From Minutocellus sp. GHC0000111 (Eukaryota), in the NCBI GenBank assembly GCA_977018835.1, contig OZ361256.1:4030001-4094000 (forward strand): DNA of 64,000 nucleotides, written 5' to 3'. Below the pieces are notes generated by a model. It made no database searches. It saw only the letters and a list, made by a program, of their open reading frames with translations, and was not told the DNA's origin. Made by a program: the position numbers and the translations under genes. Below are positions 48,813 through 60,953 of the stretch, one piece after another; positions within the stretch are counted from its first letter, which is position 1; each line of letters begins with the position of its first letter.

Positions 48813-50819
48813 TTACGTCAATTCAATAGAGCGAACGTGGGCATTTTCACCACCATACTCAATTTGTTCTTCTGGTGCTGTTGTTGATAACTTCACTGCT
48901 CCAACTTTGCGAGGATCAACAGTGAGAAAGGCATAAATTGTCATGAGGACTAGGAACGAAGCGGATGCACCAATAATGGTCTCTCTGCTCAAACTCTGCA
49001 AGTCGGTCTGAATGTGTTGCTGCCCCTCCGAATCTGAGTTCCCTGGGGTACCACTCGAGCTCGTAGGACTAGTCGGCGGCACGGCCGGCCTCGGTGAACA
49101 AACATGAGAATCTGAAAATACATTGGTGCAATCAGGGCAATCCACACAGCGGTCGGGCAAATAAGTTTGACGAGGATATCGTTTCTCCATCTTCTGCGCA
49201 GATGACGAGCTCTGGAAGCATTTCCTACCAACCAATACGCGCATCATTTCGAGAGATACCACGGGCTTTTCCATTGGGACCATGTGCCCCGCGTCGGGAA
49301 CTTTTAGCAGCGACAGGTTCTCAAATTCCTTCACGTATCCAGATGGGCTTGGGTCTTTGTCACCATTACCATCATTTATCTTCCAGACAAATCGCTCGGC
49401 CAGTGTCCATGATGGAGCCCGATCCCAAGGCAGCGCATCGAGCATCTTCTCCCCACTGACGTGATTGCAAACAAAATCTGCCATGCCAAAGTAGAAAAGG
49501 ACGTGCGGCTTGCTGGGATGGTCGAGGACTCTCACCAGCTCATCCACCACGCCAAGACAATCCTGATGAAACAAAGCGTTGTAAGGTGCGTTGCAACATT
49601 CCGAGAATCTGCCGAAATAGGTTTCATATCCCTCTAAATTGAGTGCTGCATTGATGCCACTGGAACCCGACAATTTGCCACGAAAATAATTTTCCGCCGT
49701 AGATTTCCCTGGCGGATACTCCACACTCCAATAATTGACATTATAACTCTTGGCCCCGTTGGATGCTTTGACAACTGTATCCACCAATTCGAGACAATGC
49801 TTGGGCTGTCTGGAGGATGGGCTTTTCATCCATTCGTTGATATTCTGTCGACAAACCATCTCCAAATCATCCAGATGTTTCTTTTGGGCGGCATCAACGA
49901 AGCCATACGAGTAGGCAATGTCTGCTGCAGCATATTGATGGAACGGATCTGTCCACGGATTCCCCAATGCAGCCCCCGAAAGTGGAATGCGTATCCTTGG
50001 CGGCGTCTGAGTTGCCGCGATGTCGTTCATTTGCAATATGTAATCCATCATTGACGGAATATAGTGGCCTGCATGGCTCTCCCCACTAAAATAAAATTCA
50101 CGGTTGAGGACGAGGCCATCGCTGCCACTTTCTGTCTTTACAAAGTATTCTCGATACATCGAAAGAAATTTTTGCAGAAACGTATAAAAGTCTTTATTGA
50201 CCGCCTCGTCATTGCCGCAATAATTCCCCTTTTTGGTAAACGAAAACCCAGTGCCAACTGGTTGATCGATGTACAGCACCCATGCCGGAATTTTATGCCA
50301 CGAGTATGGATTTTGTCGAAGCTTCCAGCCATCTCCATCCTTCACCAATTGGAACGGTCCATTCTCAATCATGAGTCCCTCGAGACTGGAACAACCGGGC
50401 CCGCCATTCAGCCAAATGACGAGCGGTACCTGCGCTGCGTCATCAGCCGTCAAACCCTCGTCGGCAGTGTCGCTAAAGTCGGGCTCGATCAACCAGTAAA
50501 ATATGTACTTGTCGTCATCCGTCTGACTTAACGGTAACAGACCAGCCCATTGCTTTGTGAGAAACGACCCCGGCTCGAGGAGCGGCAATGCTGTGACGAG
50601 GTGGTCGTTTGGGGTCGGCAAGTCCAATGGCGAGGAAAGTGTGCGTCGTGGGGAATGAGGAGAGGAGGGCGTTGTGGTTGTGCTGGCATTGTCATTATTG
50701 GAAACATGCTCGTGGAATGTCTGCGGTGTGATCCGAACAGAGTCGGCGGATGGCACTCTCAGGGCAGATGCCAGGAGTAGGCCTGCTGAGCAGAGCGGTC
50801 TCTTTCGGGCGTTCACCAT
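48813..50819 (-). CDS. Serine carboxypeptidase S10 (Kex1-like, C-terminal TM)
   Basis: 'WLNGGPGCSS', 'ENGPF', 'DQPVGTGFS', 'GESHAGHYIP', 'AGHMVP'. Signal peptide and C-terminal TM helix. Confidence 0.92.
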   Translation of the reverse strand: MVNARKRPLCSAGLLLASALRVPSADSVRITPQTFHEHVSNNDNASTTTTPSSPHSPRRTLSSPLDLPTPNDHLVTALPLLEPGSFLTKQWAGLLPLSQTDDDKYIFYWLIEPDFSDTADEGLTADDAAQVPLVIWLNGGPGCSSLEGLMIENGPFQLVKDGDGWKLRQNPYSWHKIPAWVLYIDQPVGTGFSFTKKGNYCGNDEAVNKDFYTFLQKFLSMYREYFVKTESGSDGLVLNREFYFSGESHAGHYIPSMMDYILQMNDIAATQTPPRIRIPLSGAALGNPWTDPFHQYAAADIAYSYGFVDAAQKKHLDDLEMVCRQNINEWMKSPSSRQPKHCLELVDTVVKASNGAKSYNVNYWSVEYPPGKSTAENYFRGKLSGSSGINAALNLEGYETYFGRFSECCNAPYNALFHQDCLGVVDELVRVLDHPSKPHVLFYFGMADFVCNHVSGEKMLDALPWDRAPSWTLAERFVWKINDGNGDKDPSPSGYVKEFENLSLLKVPDAGHMVPMEKPVVSLEMMRVLVGRKCFQSSSSAQKMEKRYPRQTYLPDRCVDCPDCTNVFSDSHVCSPRPAVPPTSPTSSSGTPGNSDSEGQQHIQTDLQSLSRETIIGASASFLVLMTIYAFLTVDPRKVGAVKLSTTAPEEQIEYGGENAHVRSIELT

Positions 50820-51228
50820 GGTACCTAGTAGGTACCTGGTAGCATAGTACGCGAAAAATGACGGCGGCGAGTTCGAGGGGACTATTTCTACGATGTCATG
50901 TCGACGCATTCCAGTAGAACCCGGATGGCGCATCCACAAACTCTGCGGTTACTATGTAGGCCTACCTAGGCCTAGGTACGCACTGCCCGCCGTCGATGAG
51001 CCCTTCTTGCTTGCCTTCCTGGAATAGATGATCCACTTCTCTGAGTAAAAGATCTCGTTGAAATTTAGCTTCCCTAGGCCTGCAAAGAAGGAATAGAGAA
51101 GCGATATTTCGTACGCTGCATGCGGCTCAGGGATCGTGTTGCCCTGGAAGGCATTGGTGGCATTGATTGATAGATTGTTCTTTTGAGGCCTCGATCGTAT
51201 CAAAGTCATCTGATCTATCTGATAGGCA

Positions 51229-53772
51229 ATGGTCAAGGCACCATCCCACAGAGGGAAGCAGCCGCCACCCGCTCCGCTGATCGTTCAGGGCAGAGCTGTG
51301 AGTGCTACGAGCGTGCGTAGTAGCGGTGGAAGTGGACGAACGACGACGACAACGCTGGCGTCGTCATCGTCTGCTTCGAATGCCGCAGGGGGCATAATAA
51401 GACAAGGAGGCGCCAATAATAACAAGAAGCCAGCTAGGAATCGACCAAGACCACCACCACAATCGCAACAGCAGAAGGCACGACAGCATCCGTCATCAAC
51501 ACAAAGACAGTCGGCATCGGGAAGAGGCAGACCAAGACCCGGCAATCAAAATGGAGTCAGCAGCAGAAGTAATGGAACCAACACCAGCAAATCTTCATCT
51601 GTGGGCACAAGTAGATCCAAGAATGGCTTGCAGTCATCTACAAGTACTGCGCAGACTCGTTCACAACCACCACGAAAGGCACCGCCGACGCATCTACTCA
51701 CCAATGCTCGAACAAGTGTGCCGATGAGCGAAGATGCTAAGCGACAACAGCAGAATCAAAAGCGACGGAATGCGAACCGTCCTCAACTACAATCGGTCAA
51801 TGAGAATGAGAGCAGTACCGATGGCAATATCGATTTCCGCAATGATGGTGGATTTGAGGCACTAACGTGGAATCCATTCCAGGGTGATGATGGCGTACCC
51901 AATAACGACTTTTGGTCGGGTGGTAGTACACAGGCGGGGTTGACATCTAGCAGTGTTGTGAACTCGGTGGAGAACAATCAGAGCCGACAAGTTTCCATGT
52001 CAACGATATCATCTTCAACGACCAGTGATGCATCCTCGGTAGTCAGCTCGGCTTACAGTGTTGAAGGCGGTGTCCATATACCTGGCGGTGGCAGCAACAA
52101 GAGCAAGCTCATCGGTGGAAGTATACGAAGTACGGGCAAAACGACACGAAAATTGGCAGGAAATTTAGGGTCCAAATTGACATCGGTGGGAGCCAAGGCA
52201 CGGGGCCTCACGCAGATGGGTGATGATGCCTTTTATGGTGCTGGAGAGGCCGGATTCTCTACAAATATTCGCACCATTACAGAGGAGGAGGCTTCTGGTA
52301 CAGCTGCAGCTGCAGCTGTATCTTCTTCAACTGCCGGCAATGGAAACACGACCATTGTTTCCGTAACGCAAAGAATACCCCAGCAACAGCGTCGATCATC
52401 TCCTCATTCACTCGAAGGTAGTAGTCAAACGGCAGTAAATCGTGGCGTGATACCAACGGCCTTTGCTCGCCTGGCATCAGTGCAGAATATATCGACTCCA
52501 GGAGGCACAGCCGTGGCTACGGCCCAGGCCGTTCCTGTTACCGCTACCTCTATAGGCGCTACATCGGTTGTGGCGACAACGACCACTCTACGCCCACCGG
52601 CACCCGTCGTGGTGGGTGGTAAGGTTGTAGTGAAGGGAATGGCGATAAATCGATCTTTTACTGGTGATCTAAAAAAGATTGAAATGACCGTCCAAAAGTA
52701 CAAGAGGATACGTGCCTCGGCAGCAGGCTCCCGACAGGGACCAAGGGCCGCATCACAATCCAATTCACAGCTTGCAGAGTCTATAGCAGAATTGCGGTCG
52801 TGCCTACCAAAATTAGAGGCGCTGGTAAACCGCACGATGCTGTCACGAACGACCGATGCTAATGCCTTGGAAAAGCTTCTATCGCTGAATGATGAGCTGC
52901 GTTTGATTTTAGCCAATCTCAAAGGTGAGGGTATCAAACGACGCAAAAATATCCGAGACGGACCAACCTCACGGTCCTCTCAGCTACCATCAGCTCAACA
53001 GGCAAGAGACCAGCATCTGTTTAAAAAGATGCGCGAGGATTCAAACGAGATTACAGCGCCCGTCGTTACGGCAAAGGCCAATAGTATCCAGGGTCCTCGC
53101 TCTGCGAATGGTTCCGGCAGTGCACCTGCAAGCCAAGAGCCCCTATTTCATGACGATCCCTTTCATGGATTTCCCGAATTCAGTAATTTTGATGATGATT
53201 TTGAGACCATACCGGAAGATGAATCTGTGAATGATGCAAAGGCACCGAAACTATCAGTAACCAAATCCAGTCGACGGAAGCCCATGGCTGATGACGATGA
53301 GAGCAATGACACAGAATCTGATACGAGCAGTATTAGCATGCTTCCTGTCATGACAGACGACGATTCCCTTTGTTCCGATTCACAAGATGGCATCAATGAT
53401 ACCAGGCGAACAAATGTTGCTGATGATGACCAAGACCGAGATGGGTTGTCTAGACTAGAAGACGAAGTTGCTCGTCTTGAAAAGCAGCTTTCTGGACTTG
53501 ACCCTCTTGCAAAACTAGCGATGGATAGCATTCTCGACGAAGAAATGTCGCACATGTCAAATCTATCCATCACTTCTGATGGCGATGCGAGCGCCAACGC
53601 TGGCTTTGCTGATATGGAACGAGAAATGATGAAACAGCTGGCCATGGGCAATGCTTGGATCGCCAGCGAAGCTGTAGATGATACTCCCAAGGTAACGCGG
53701 GTCAAATTCTCGCAAGAAGTTACAGTCTTTGAGATTCCCAATCGACATCAGGCCCGGTTGGCGGAGAGATAG
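51229..53772 (+). CDS. Low-complexity hypothetical protein with a GAT-like helical segment
   Basis: 847-aa ORF. 'ELRSCLPKLEALV...LEKLLSLNDELRLIL' resembles GAT domains. Terminal 'RVKF' (RVxF) motif. Confidence 0.55.
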   Translation: MVKAPSHRGKQPPPAPLIVQGRAVSATSVRSSGGSGRTTTTTLASSSSASNAAGGIIRQGGANNNKKPARNRPRPPPQSQQQKARQHPSSTQRQSASGRGRPRPGNQNGVSSRSNGTNTSKSSSVGTSRSKNGLQSSTSTAQTRSQPPRKAPPTHLLTNARTSVPMSEDAKRQQQNQKRRNANRPQLQSVNENESSTDGNIDFRNDGGFEALTWNPFQGDDGVPNNDFWSGGSTQAGLTSSSVVNSVENNQSRQVSMSTISSSTTSDASSVVSSAYSVEGGVHIPGGGSNKSKLIGGSIRSTGKTTRKLAGNLGSKLTSVGAKARGLTQMGDDAFYGAGEAGFSTNIRTITEEEASGTAAAAAVSSSTAGNGNTTIVSVTQRIPQQQRRSSPHSLEGSSQTAVNRGVIPTAFARLASVQNISTPGGTAVATAQAVPVTATSIGATSVVATTTTLRPPAPVVVGGKVVVKGMAINRSFTGDLKKIEMTVQKYKRIRASAAGSRQGPRAASQSNSQLAESIAELRSCLPKLEALVNRTMLSRTTDANALEKLLSLNDELRLILANLKGEGIKRRKNIRDGPTSRSSQLPSAQQARDQHLFKKMREDSNEITAPVVTAKANSIQGPRSANGSGSAPASQEPLFHDDPFHGFPEFSNFDDDFETIPEDESVNDAKAPKLSVTKSSRRKPMADDDESNDTESDTSSISMLPVMTDDDSLCSDSQDGINDTRRTNVADDDQDRDGLSRLEDEVARLEKQLSGLDPLAKLAMDSILDEEMSHMSNLSITSDGDASANAGFADMEREMMKQLAMGNAWIASEAVDDTPKVTRVKFSQEVTVFEIPNRHQARLAER

Positions 53773-53941
53773 AGATACCAATTTGGTGGTACAACAACTA
53801 TTGAGGTTTTTTGCTGTCTAGACATTTTAGAATTTGTGTTTTAACTACGACGTAGCGAGCGTGGCTGTAGACAAGAACCTCTAATAGTAACTTCAATTAT
53901 TTGCTACCAACATTTCTCCCCTAATGGCTAGAAAAGAAAAG

Positions 53942-56900
53942 CTACCTGTACTCAAAATCACTTGGTCGAATATCGAGATCTTGCAACTCCTCAACATATG
54001 TATGGCCAAGACCGACCGATGCAGCTCCACCCCCAAAGCTTAAGGGCGCTCCAGTGGTTGCATCGACATTGAGCACGGTATATCGTAGCTCACAAGCAAT
54101 TACTGCAACATCGTCCAAGCGCTGGGGACTGGCGGCAAGGGCGCACCAGACACTTCCCGTTGATCTCGTCGGTAGAGTCTTGAGAGGTACCGTCAACGTC
54201 GGTGTCAATGCTTCATCGGAAGACTCGGCAACGACAAAGCTGACATCTGCAAGTGCTCTGCCTTCGCCGGATATGGATGATATTGCGGAGTTGGTGATCT
54301 TCGCCTGGATGATGAGATATCTTGGAAAGAAATGCTTAATAATGGTAACATCAGGGAAGCTGGATGATGTTGCGTGGACTGAGCGCGCCCGAAAGGGCTT
54401 GGCACTACGAACCAAGTCGCCCAAGCCAAGAGCCTTGAGTGCCGGAACAGAATATAAATTGGATTGAGATTCGATCTGTGATTCCGTAAGCTCCTTCTTG
54501 AGACGAATGTATCTAGCGCGGAGTAGGGCGGCAAGAATCTTCATTTGTCGCACTTCTGCGCCGCCGTCAACAACCGCAGGAATTAGGAATGGTCGGGCAA
54601 TTCTTGACATAGGGAGGTCACGAGGCAAGAGACGAAGTGCTGTGCCACAATCCATGACGTCCCGTCTCAGCGAGAGGACCTTAACGGCAGCGTCTACGCC
54701 CTCCTCTTTGTCTCCAGATGCAAGCGCAACCTTGACAAGGGGCAGATACGGATCATTTTCGGATTCGTCAGTATCATGTGGATCAACGGTGTTTGTTGCG
54801 CTCTTGATCCGTCCACCCTTCTTTTTTGCCTCCAACTGCTCATAACGAGCGTCGCAGTACTCTAATGCCATGTCGAGACTTCGCAAGTCACCATACAGAA
54901 TGCGAAGTGCCTCAGCATGTCTGCCAAGACGGCCGAGGCAAAGAGCTCTTTCTCTCTTAAAGACAGGAGAAAGTGTCGATAGAAGTCGCTCCGGTCGCAC
55001 TTTAGCAGCCGGCCAGCTGAGAAATCGCCGGAGCTTGCTTCGATACAAGGCACCAAGAACCGATTCATCGTCTGTATTCGAAGATTCGTCAATATCCTGA
55101 CGCACGGCAATGACACCTTCCAGGAGGAGGAAAGCCAGCTCGTCGTGGAGATCGGCGATGCGGTCGTCTGCGGCTTTGTCAGAAGGAAGAGCCTCAAAGG
55201 CCTCTTCCTCTCCTGCATTAACAAAAGAAGCTTGCCTTCCAGTGGATATACCGACTGCTGATTCAAGGTATGTGACAGCAAGGGCTCGTCCAGATGTCAA
55301 TGGAAGTGGCGCAGATCCTTCCTCGCCCTTATCGTTACTTGCGCCGATCTTGGATGCTTCACGAGGCAGTGACGGCCTTGCAGACTTGAGGAGGTCAATC
55401 ACACGCCGAGGATTGGATGGGTGGGCCAGTGGATCGCTGCTAGCAACTGTTTTATCCCATTGCTTCTCACTCTGGGGATGTGCAGAAGTGAAAATTGTCA
55501 CTGCAAGACGAGCATTTTGCTCCAGCAGCTGCAGAGTGGTTTTGGATTCGAGGGCAATGCTCGCAAGCTCGTCGTTCCCACTGGCCCAGAGGTCGCTTAA
55601 ATACGAGCTGAGGAACGACTCAAAACGAAGCTGTGACCAAGCACCACTCCCGGACTTCTTGGCAGTTTGGGGACTTGTATATCCGGCAGATCCTGCAGTG
55701 CCCGACGCTCCACCAGCGGACATATTGCGACTTTCGGCATCATTCATGTACTTTTCAACAACCTCAATAGCCTTCTCATGCAACCCACAAGACCGGAGGA
55801 GCCAAGACGCAGGCTCAATAAAAGACATACCAGAGGATGGTTCAGCGGAAGCCATCGCAAGTAGATCTTCTGCAATTGCATTGCATACTTTCACAGCCGC
55901 CTCGTTGGAGTTTTGCCCTCCTACGCCCATCTTGGTGGAACAAGATCTGGCGGCGCGGTTTGCAAGAGATGTGTTTGGTCTACTGAGGATCATACATACC
56001 TTGCAAAGCAAGGCGGTACCTGTCAAGAGCACAGCAGGCGCAGTTGAAGTAGAATAATCTCCCATCGCATCCTTTTGGCTGCCACCGGAGGACTCGTCAC
56101 CAAAACCTTCGTCGAGGCTGAGGATTGCCTCCAAGTATTGGCGGAGGAGAGCGCGCGCGGCAACAGTTGGTTCTGAGTGTCCTGCGTACGAGGTGGCGCC
56201 ATAAGAAGCCGATATTGCTTCGGCAAGCTCTGTTCGTGGGAAAGTGGCCGGTCCAAAGGCATCGACGGCAAGCGTCATGAGTCGATCGGCCAGATCCTGT
56301 GGACTCTCGGGCCGTAGAGAAAGAACACGGCCTTCCCCGCTGTAGCTCGCCGAGACAATCTTTCGATCAGGCAATAGACGCAGTGTGAAGAAATCATTCG
56401 GCCGATTGCCAACCTCAACAGTAGTCAGAGGAACCCCTAGACATGATGGGGAACGAGTCTGTACGAGACCATCAGACATGAGCATTGCAACGAGTGGTGG
56501 ATCGCTAGAGTGTCCACCGATGCCGACCGCGGAAAGAATTGGAGAGGGAGCAGTAGCGACGCCATGCCTCGGTGGCGCCGCAGTGACCGGCCCCTGATGA
56601 GAGGAGGAAATATCGCCCGTATCATCCGAATAAGCCATGCTGATGCCATATGATGACGAAATGAATCGAGGGTCATGTAGGATCTCCACAGCAGCGCATT
56701 CCCTCCCTGACGCCAGGAAGAGCAGTGAGGTGGCAGCATCGCTGCTGCCCACCGCCTTCGTAGTGGAAGAAGAAGCGGAGGAACGGAGAGGGATCTCCAC
56801 AACAACTGCAGGATGGACCCTGCCCGAAGCGGCAAAACTCAAAATCTTGGTCGGGGGAGGAGTTCGTCGTGAAGACGACAGATCATGTGATAAATCAGTG

Positions 56901-58377
56901 CCAGCGGCGGCATCGCCGGAATGATAGTGGTTCGGGTGCCGATGCCGTTCGTCCGAAGCAGCGTACACAGTTCCTCTCAAAAAGTACTCCTCCGTGACCG
57001 CTCGGTCACTCACAGCAAAGAAGCCATTGCCAACGGCGACGACGGCAACTCTCCCGTCACATGTGACGCACAAGGCATCAGGACCGGACCGAGCACCCAG
57101 CGACGATGGTAGGATGGACTTGGCATCGAATACCACCCGGGGTAGAGCCGATCGGAGCAAAGCCAACTGCTGCTCTTGTCTCCGGGTCGTTGTTGATCCA
57201 CCACTGCCATGATGATGGCCGCCCCCACTGCGATAGGAAGGGACAGATGAGAGCAAACCACCGCGCTTGCTGCTTCCACTGCTGACACCAAAGCCATCTC
57301 CACCGCTACTTCCGCTACCACTCCCATCGGCGCCGTCCAGCCCAGCCAAGTGATGAGCCACCGCCAGGGCATGCTTGGGCGGCAGAGACATCACCGACGT
57401 TCCCGCCGCGTAGACATATCCAGAAGACGGATGGTATGCGGCACAGCTGGCCCGGGACAGCGGTGGGAGGGCGGGCTGATTTTTGCTGCTGCCACCGCCC
57501 GATTGTTGCCTTTGGCGTTGATGGTGACCAACTGCGCAGCATAGGCACCGCCTATTCCCAGAGTACCGCTACCCCCACCGGTGGAAGCTCCGCCGACACG
57601 ATTGTCATCGGCCAGCATTAGGAATACAGGAGAGGCATTGGCGGCGGCGGCACTGGTGAGGGAATGCGACGGCGAGGCGAATCCCTGCAGAGACAGGGGC
57701 TTGGTCTGTACCAGCGACACAATGGCAGCACCCGCACCACCACCGCCTATATCTCCTCCGACAGCTGCATTGGCCAGATCGATCTGTTTGTGCAAACTGG
57801 GCACCGAGGAACTGCTGCTACTGCTGGACGAACCATCGGAGCCGAGAGGTTGCTCTGGTCGGAGACTGCCGGATTTGTTACTCGAAGATGCCACCGAACC
57901 AATGTCGCCGCCGCTGCTACTGGTGCCACCACTCCTACCCATCATACCACCCTTGACGGTAGTAGTTGCAGCATCGCTCAAACCACCGTAAGTTCGGCGG
58001 TGCAGGGCACCCCTCTCGGTACCAACGATGACTGATACGATTCCTCCGCTGCCGCCGCTGCTACCGCTGCCCCCAGATGACGACGACGCAGCGCCAAACT
58101 CGGCACCGCCGCGATTCCGAGGTACCGGAGACGATGATGCCGCAGCATCATCAAATGGGTTGCTCCCGCTGGTGGAATGGGCCAAACGATCGGACGACGT
58201 CGACGACGCAAAGGGGTTGGTGCTGCCTCCTCGGGAGGATGATGCCGTTGCACTGCCGCCGCCGCCGCCGCTACTGGAGGATCCAGACGCCGAACCAGAC
58301 GCGGGCGATGGATACACGCTGATGGAGCGCGGGGACGACGAGGGACGGAGGTCCCACACCGAGTCAATGGTGGCCAT
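53942..58377 (-). CDS. Vps39/TGFBRAP1-like protein with C-terminal gamma-COP appendage-like domain (apparent frameshift ~57500)
   Basis: 'AVTYLE', 'LHDELAFLLLE', 'RSKLRRFL', 'ERALCLGRLGRHAEALRILYGDLRSLDMALEYC', 'ALRLLP' (Vps39 clathrin-repeat region). The upstream ORF 57391-58452 overlaps in another frame. Confidence 0.75.
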
Positions 58378-58587
58378 CTTGCTCACTGACTTGACGGTTA
58401 GATACGCGAGCAAGGCGAGGAGCGAAGCCGAAAAATGAAAAGCAATGAACACAAGATAAGATGTGCTGGTTTCTGACGATACGTCACAGAAACCTCCAAA
58501 ATCAGATGTGAAAGAGTCAAAAGAAATTAGCTAGGCCTAGTACCTAGGTACGCCCATCAGCACTTCCCAACCACCTGCCCTTGCCCT

Positions 58588-60000
58588 ATGGAAAGCTACG
58601 ACGCTCCAACCACGAAGGGCGAGGCGATTGTCGATACAGTTGAGGCGTTCGATGGAACGGCGGTGGTCAAAGGGGAAGATTCTCAGACTCCTCATGAGAA
58701 AACAGCAACATCTGGAAACAAAGAATCATCGAAGGCGAGATGCCCAAAAGATACTTCTGATGACACGGCTGTTGAAGACGTCGGTGTAGCCAGAGTTGCT
58801 ACAATTGCCGCCGTCGCCGCCAAAGGGACACGGCTGAATGATTCCAAAAGAAAAGGTCCACGGGATTTTCCCTCTGATCCCAGCTGTAATCATGCAGCAG
58901 CTGGCGACGCGTCCAAGAAGGCTCGGATAGACACAGATGTAGACAACAACAACATTGACGCCCCAAATGATGACAATTCCACCTCTGCCTCTACCGCAAG
59001 CGTAAGCGCAAGCTCAAGAGCATCCACCGCTGTGCAGACTACCGCCGCCGCCGACTTCAATGAGCGAACTAAAATGGCCATGGACAAGTTCGTCGAAGAG
59101 CACAAATGTCCTCTCACTACCGAGTTACTGTGCGACCCCGTAACGGCAGAAGATGGGCACAATTACGAGCGCGAGATGATCGAAATCTTGATTAATGATG
59201 CGCATAACAAACGAAGCAAGAAGTCCAAGAAGCCCCTGCGCTCTCCTAGAACAAACGAGCCGATGGGGAAGGAAATTAAATCCGATGTTAGCTTGCGCAA
59301 TACCATCCAGAACTTTATCGAGAGTGGTCTGATTGGTGGTGAAGTTGCCGATAGTTGGAGGCAACGAAAATTGATCATCGATACTAAAAAGAAGGCGGAA
59401 GATGGCGATCCAGACGCGATGCAACGCCTGGGCAAGTGGTACGATGGAGGACTTCACGGTCTCACTCAGAGCGATCAATTGGCTCGCAAATGGCTCACGA
59501 AGGCTGACTCCACAAGAGTTTCGCAAGCGATGCGCAGAGTCAAGGAGGATAGCGATTTGGACGCGATGAATGATCTTGGTATGTGGTACAGCGAGGGAGA
59601 CAAAGGGTTGGACGTCAATGAAAAGTTGGCCTTCAAATACTTCAAAATGTCGGCAGATCGTAACGACGCGCGGGGCATGGCACAGGCTGGTATTCGTCTC
59701 GCCGATGGAGTTGGAACGAAGGAGGACATCAATGCTGGTATTGGTCTGACATTGAGGGCAGCAGATGGAAAATCTACATCCGACTTGGGCTGCTACTGCA
59801 TGGGAATTTGGTACCACGAAGGAATGTATGGACTCTGCGCCGACGAAAACAAGGCAGAGCACTATCTGAACAAGGCGGTCGACGGTAGCTGTACATTTTT
59901 GCACTTGGGCCTCGAATGGGAGGACGAGGCGCGAGAAAGGTTGGATCGAATCAAGAAGAACCAGGAGAAGGCCAGTAGTAATAGTCAGGCGAAACAGTAG
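58588..60000 (+). CDS. U-box + Sel1-repeat protein
   Basis: U-box 'CPLTTELLCDPVTAEDGHNYER...SPRTNEPMG...LRNTI'. Sel1 repeats 'GDPDAMQRLGKWYDGG' and 'DAMNDLGMWYSEG..G..V..KLAFKYF'. Confidence 0.9.
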   Translation: MESYDAPTTKGEAIVDTVEAFDGTAVVKGEDSQTPHEKTATSGNKESSKARCPKDTSDDTAVEDVGVARVATIAAVAAKGTRLNDSKRKGPRDFPSDPSCNHAAAGDASKKARIDTDVDNNNIDAPNDDNSTSASTASVSASSRASTAVQTTAAADFNERTKMAMDKFVEEHKCPLTTELLCDPVTAEDGHNYEREMIEILINDAHNKRSKKSKKPLRSPRTNEPMGKEIKSDVSLRNTIQNFIESGLIGGEVADSWRQRKLIIDTKKKAEDGDPDAMQRLGKWYDGGLHGLTQSDQLARKWLTKADSTRVSQAMRRVKEDSDLDAMNDLGMWYSEGDKGLDVNEKLAFKYFKMSADRNDARGMAQAGIRLADGVGTKEDINAGIGLTLRAADGKSTSDLGCYCMGIWYHEGMYGLCADENKAEHYLNKAVDGSCTFLHLGLEWEDEARERLDRIKKNQEKASSNSQAKQ

Positions 60001-60953
60001 GAACAATAAATTTGAGCATATGGAGCAAGAAGATTAATAATAAAGTGTCCCCAAAGACCATCCAACGGGGGATTGAACGTTGAACCTGCAAACCTGGTGA
60101 CCTGGTACGAAATCGAGTATGTTTATATATTTCAAAAATACCCCTGCGACCAATGGGATCCCCAAACCATCGCGAACCACGCCAACCACGGCAATCGCAT
60201 CTCCTCACTCCCACCCCACTAAATGCCACCATGGCGTCCGCACCACGCGGTTCAAATCCAACATCGCCACCACGCGAAATCCATCTAAAAAAATCTGCCT
60301 AGATTTTCATGACACACCACAACCACGGTACCACCGTCGCGTTCGCCGTCATGTTTTTGCTCAATGCATAACAGCGGTACACCGGGGGGAATCCAACAAT
60401 GCCACGGAAATTTTGATGTGTTTATGTATTACAAAATTTCGCACGATGCCGTCGTGCGCACGACGGCCAAACGTGGACGCACCTTTGGTCTTTGCCCCCG
60501 TTGGGCACATTCCGCTTCGCCCCCGTGTGGGCTCAGCTTGCTTCGCCCCCTTGTGGGCACATCTGCCAAAAAAGCTCAGGCTTCGAGCTTTCACGATCAA
60601 CCGTTTCGATCATGTTTTTGCCTCATCTGAAGGAAGACTCTACATATTTATGACCGCCCATACCGTTGAAATTCATTCTTGCTACATGTACCGGTAATGC
60701 AAGTGCACCTACAGTCCGGACTGTACCTACCGGTACTATTCAATTGAACAGGATTCGGTTCTAACTTTTCATGATAACAGATAGATTTACATGTGTACAT
60801 GTATGCCTATATAATTAGACTAGCAGGACGACACCGACACCACGGTCGATGATCGCTGCTGGCTGGTTCTTGCAGTAGATCTTCTTGCAGTAGATCTACC
60901 GGTATCTATTTGATGCTGGCAGGCAGCTGATATGTAGACTCGACTCGACTCTA

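Noticed and set aside
60119..60697. 192-aa ORF / possible small element
   Set aside because: No protein-like features and no TIR or TSD found.
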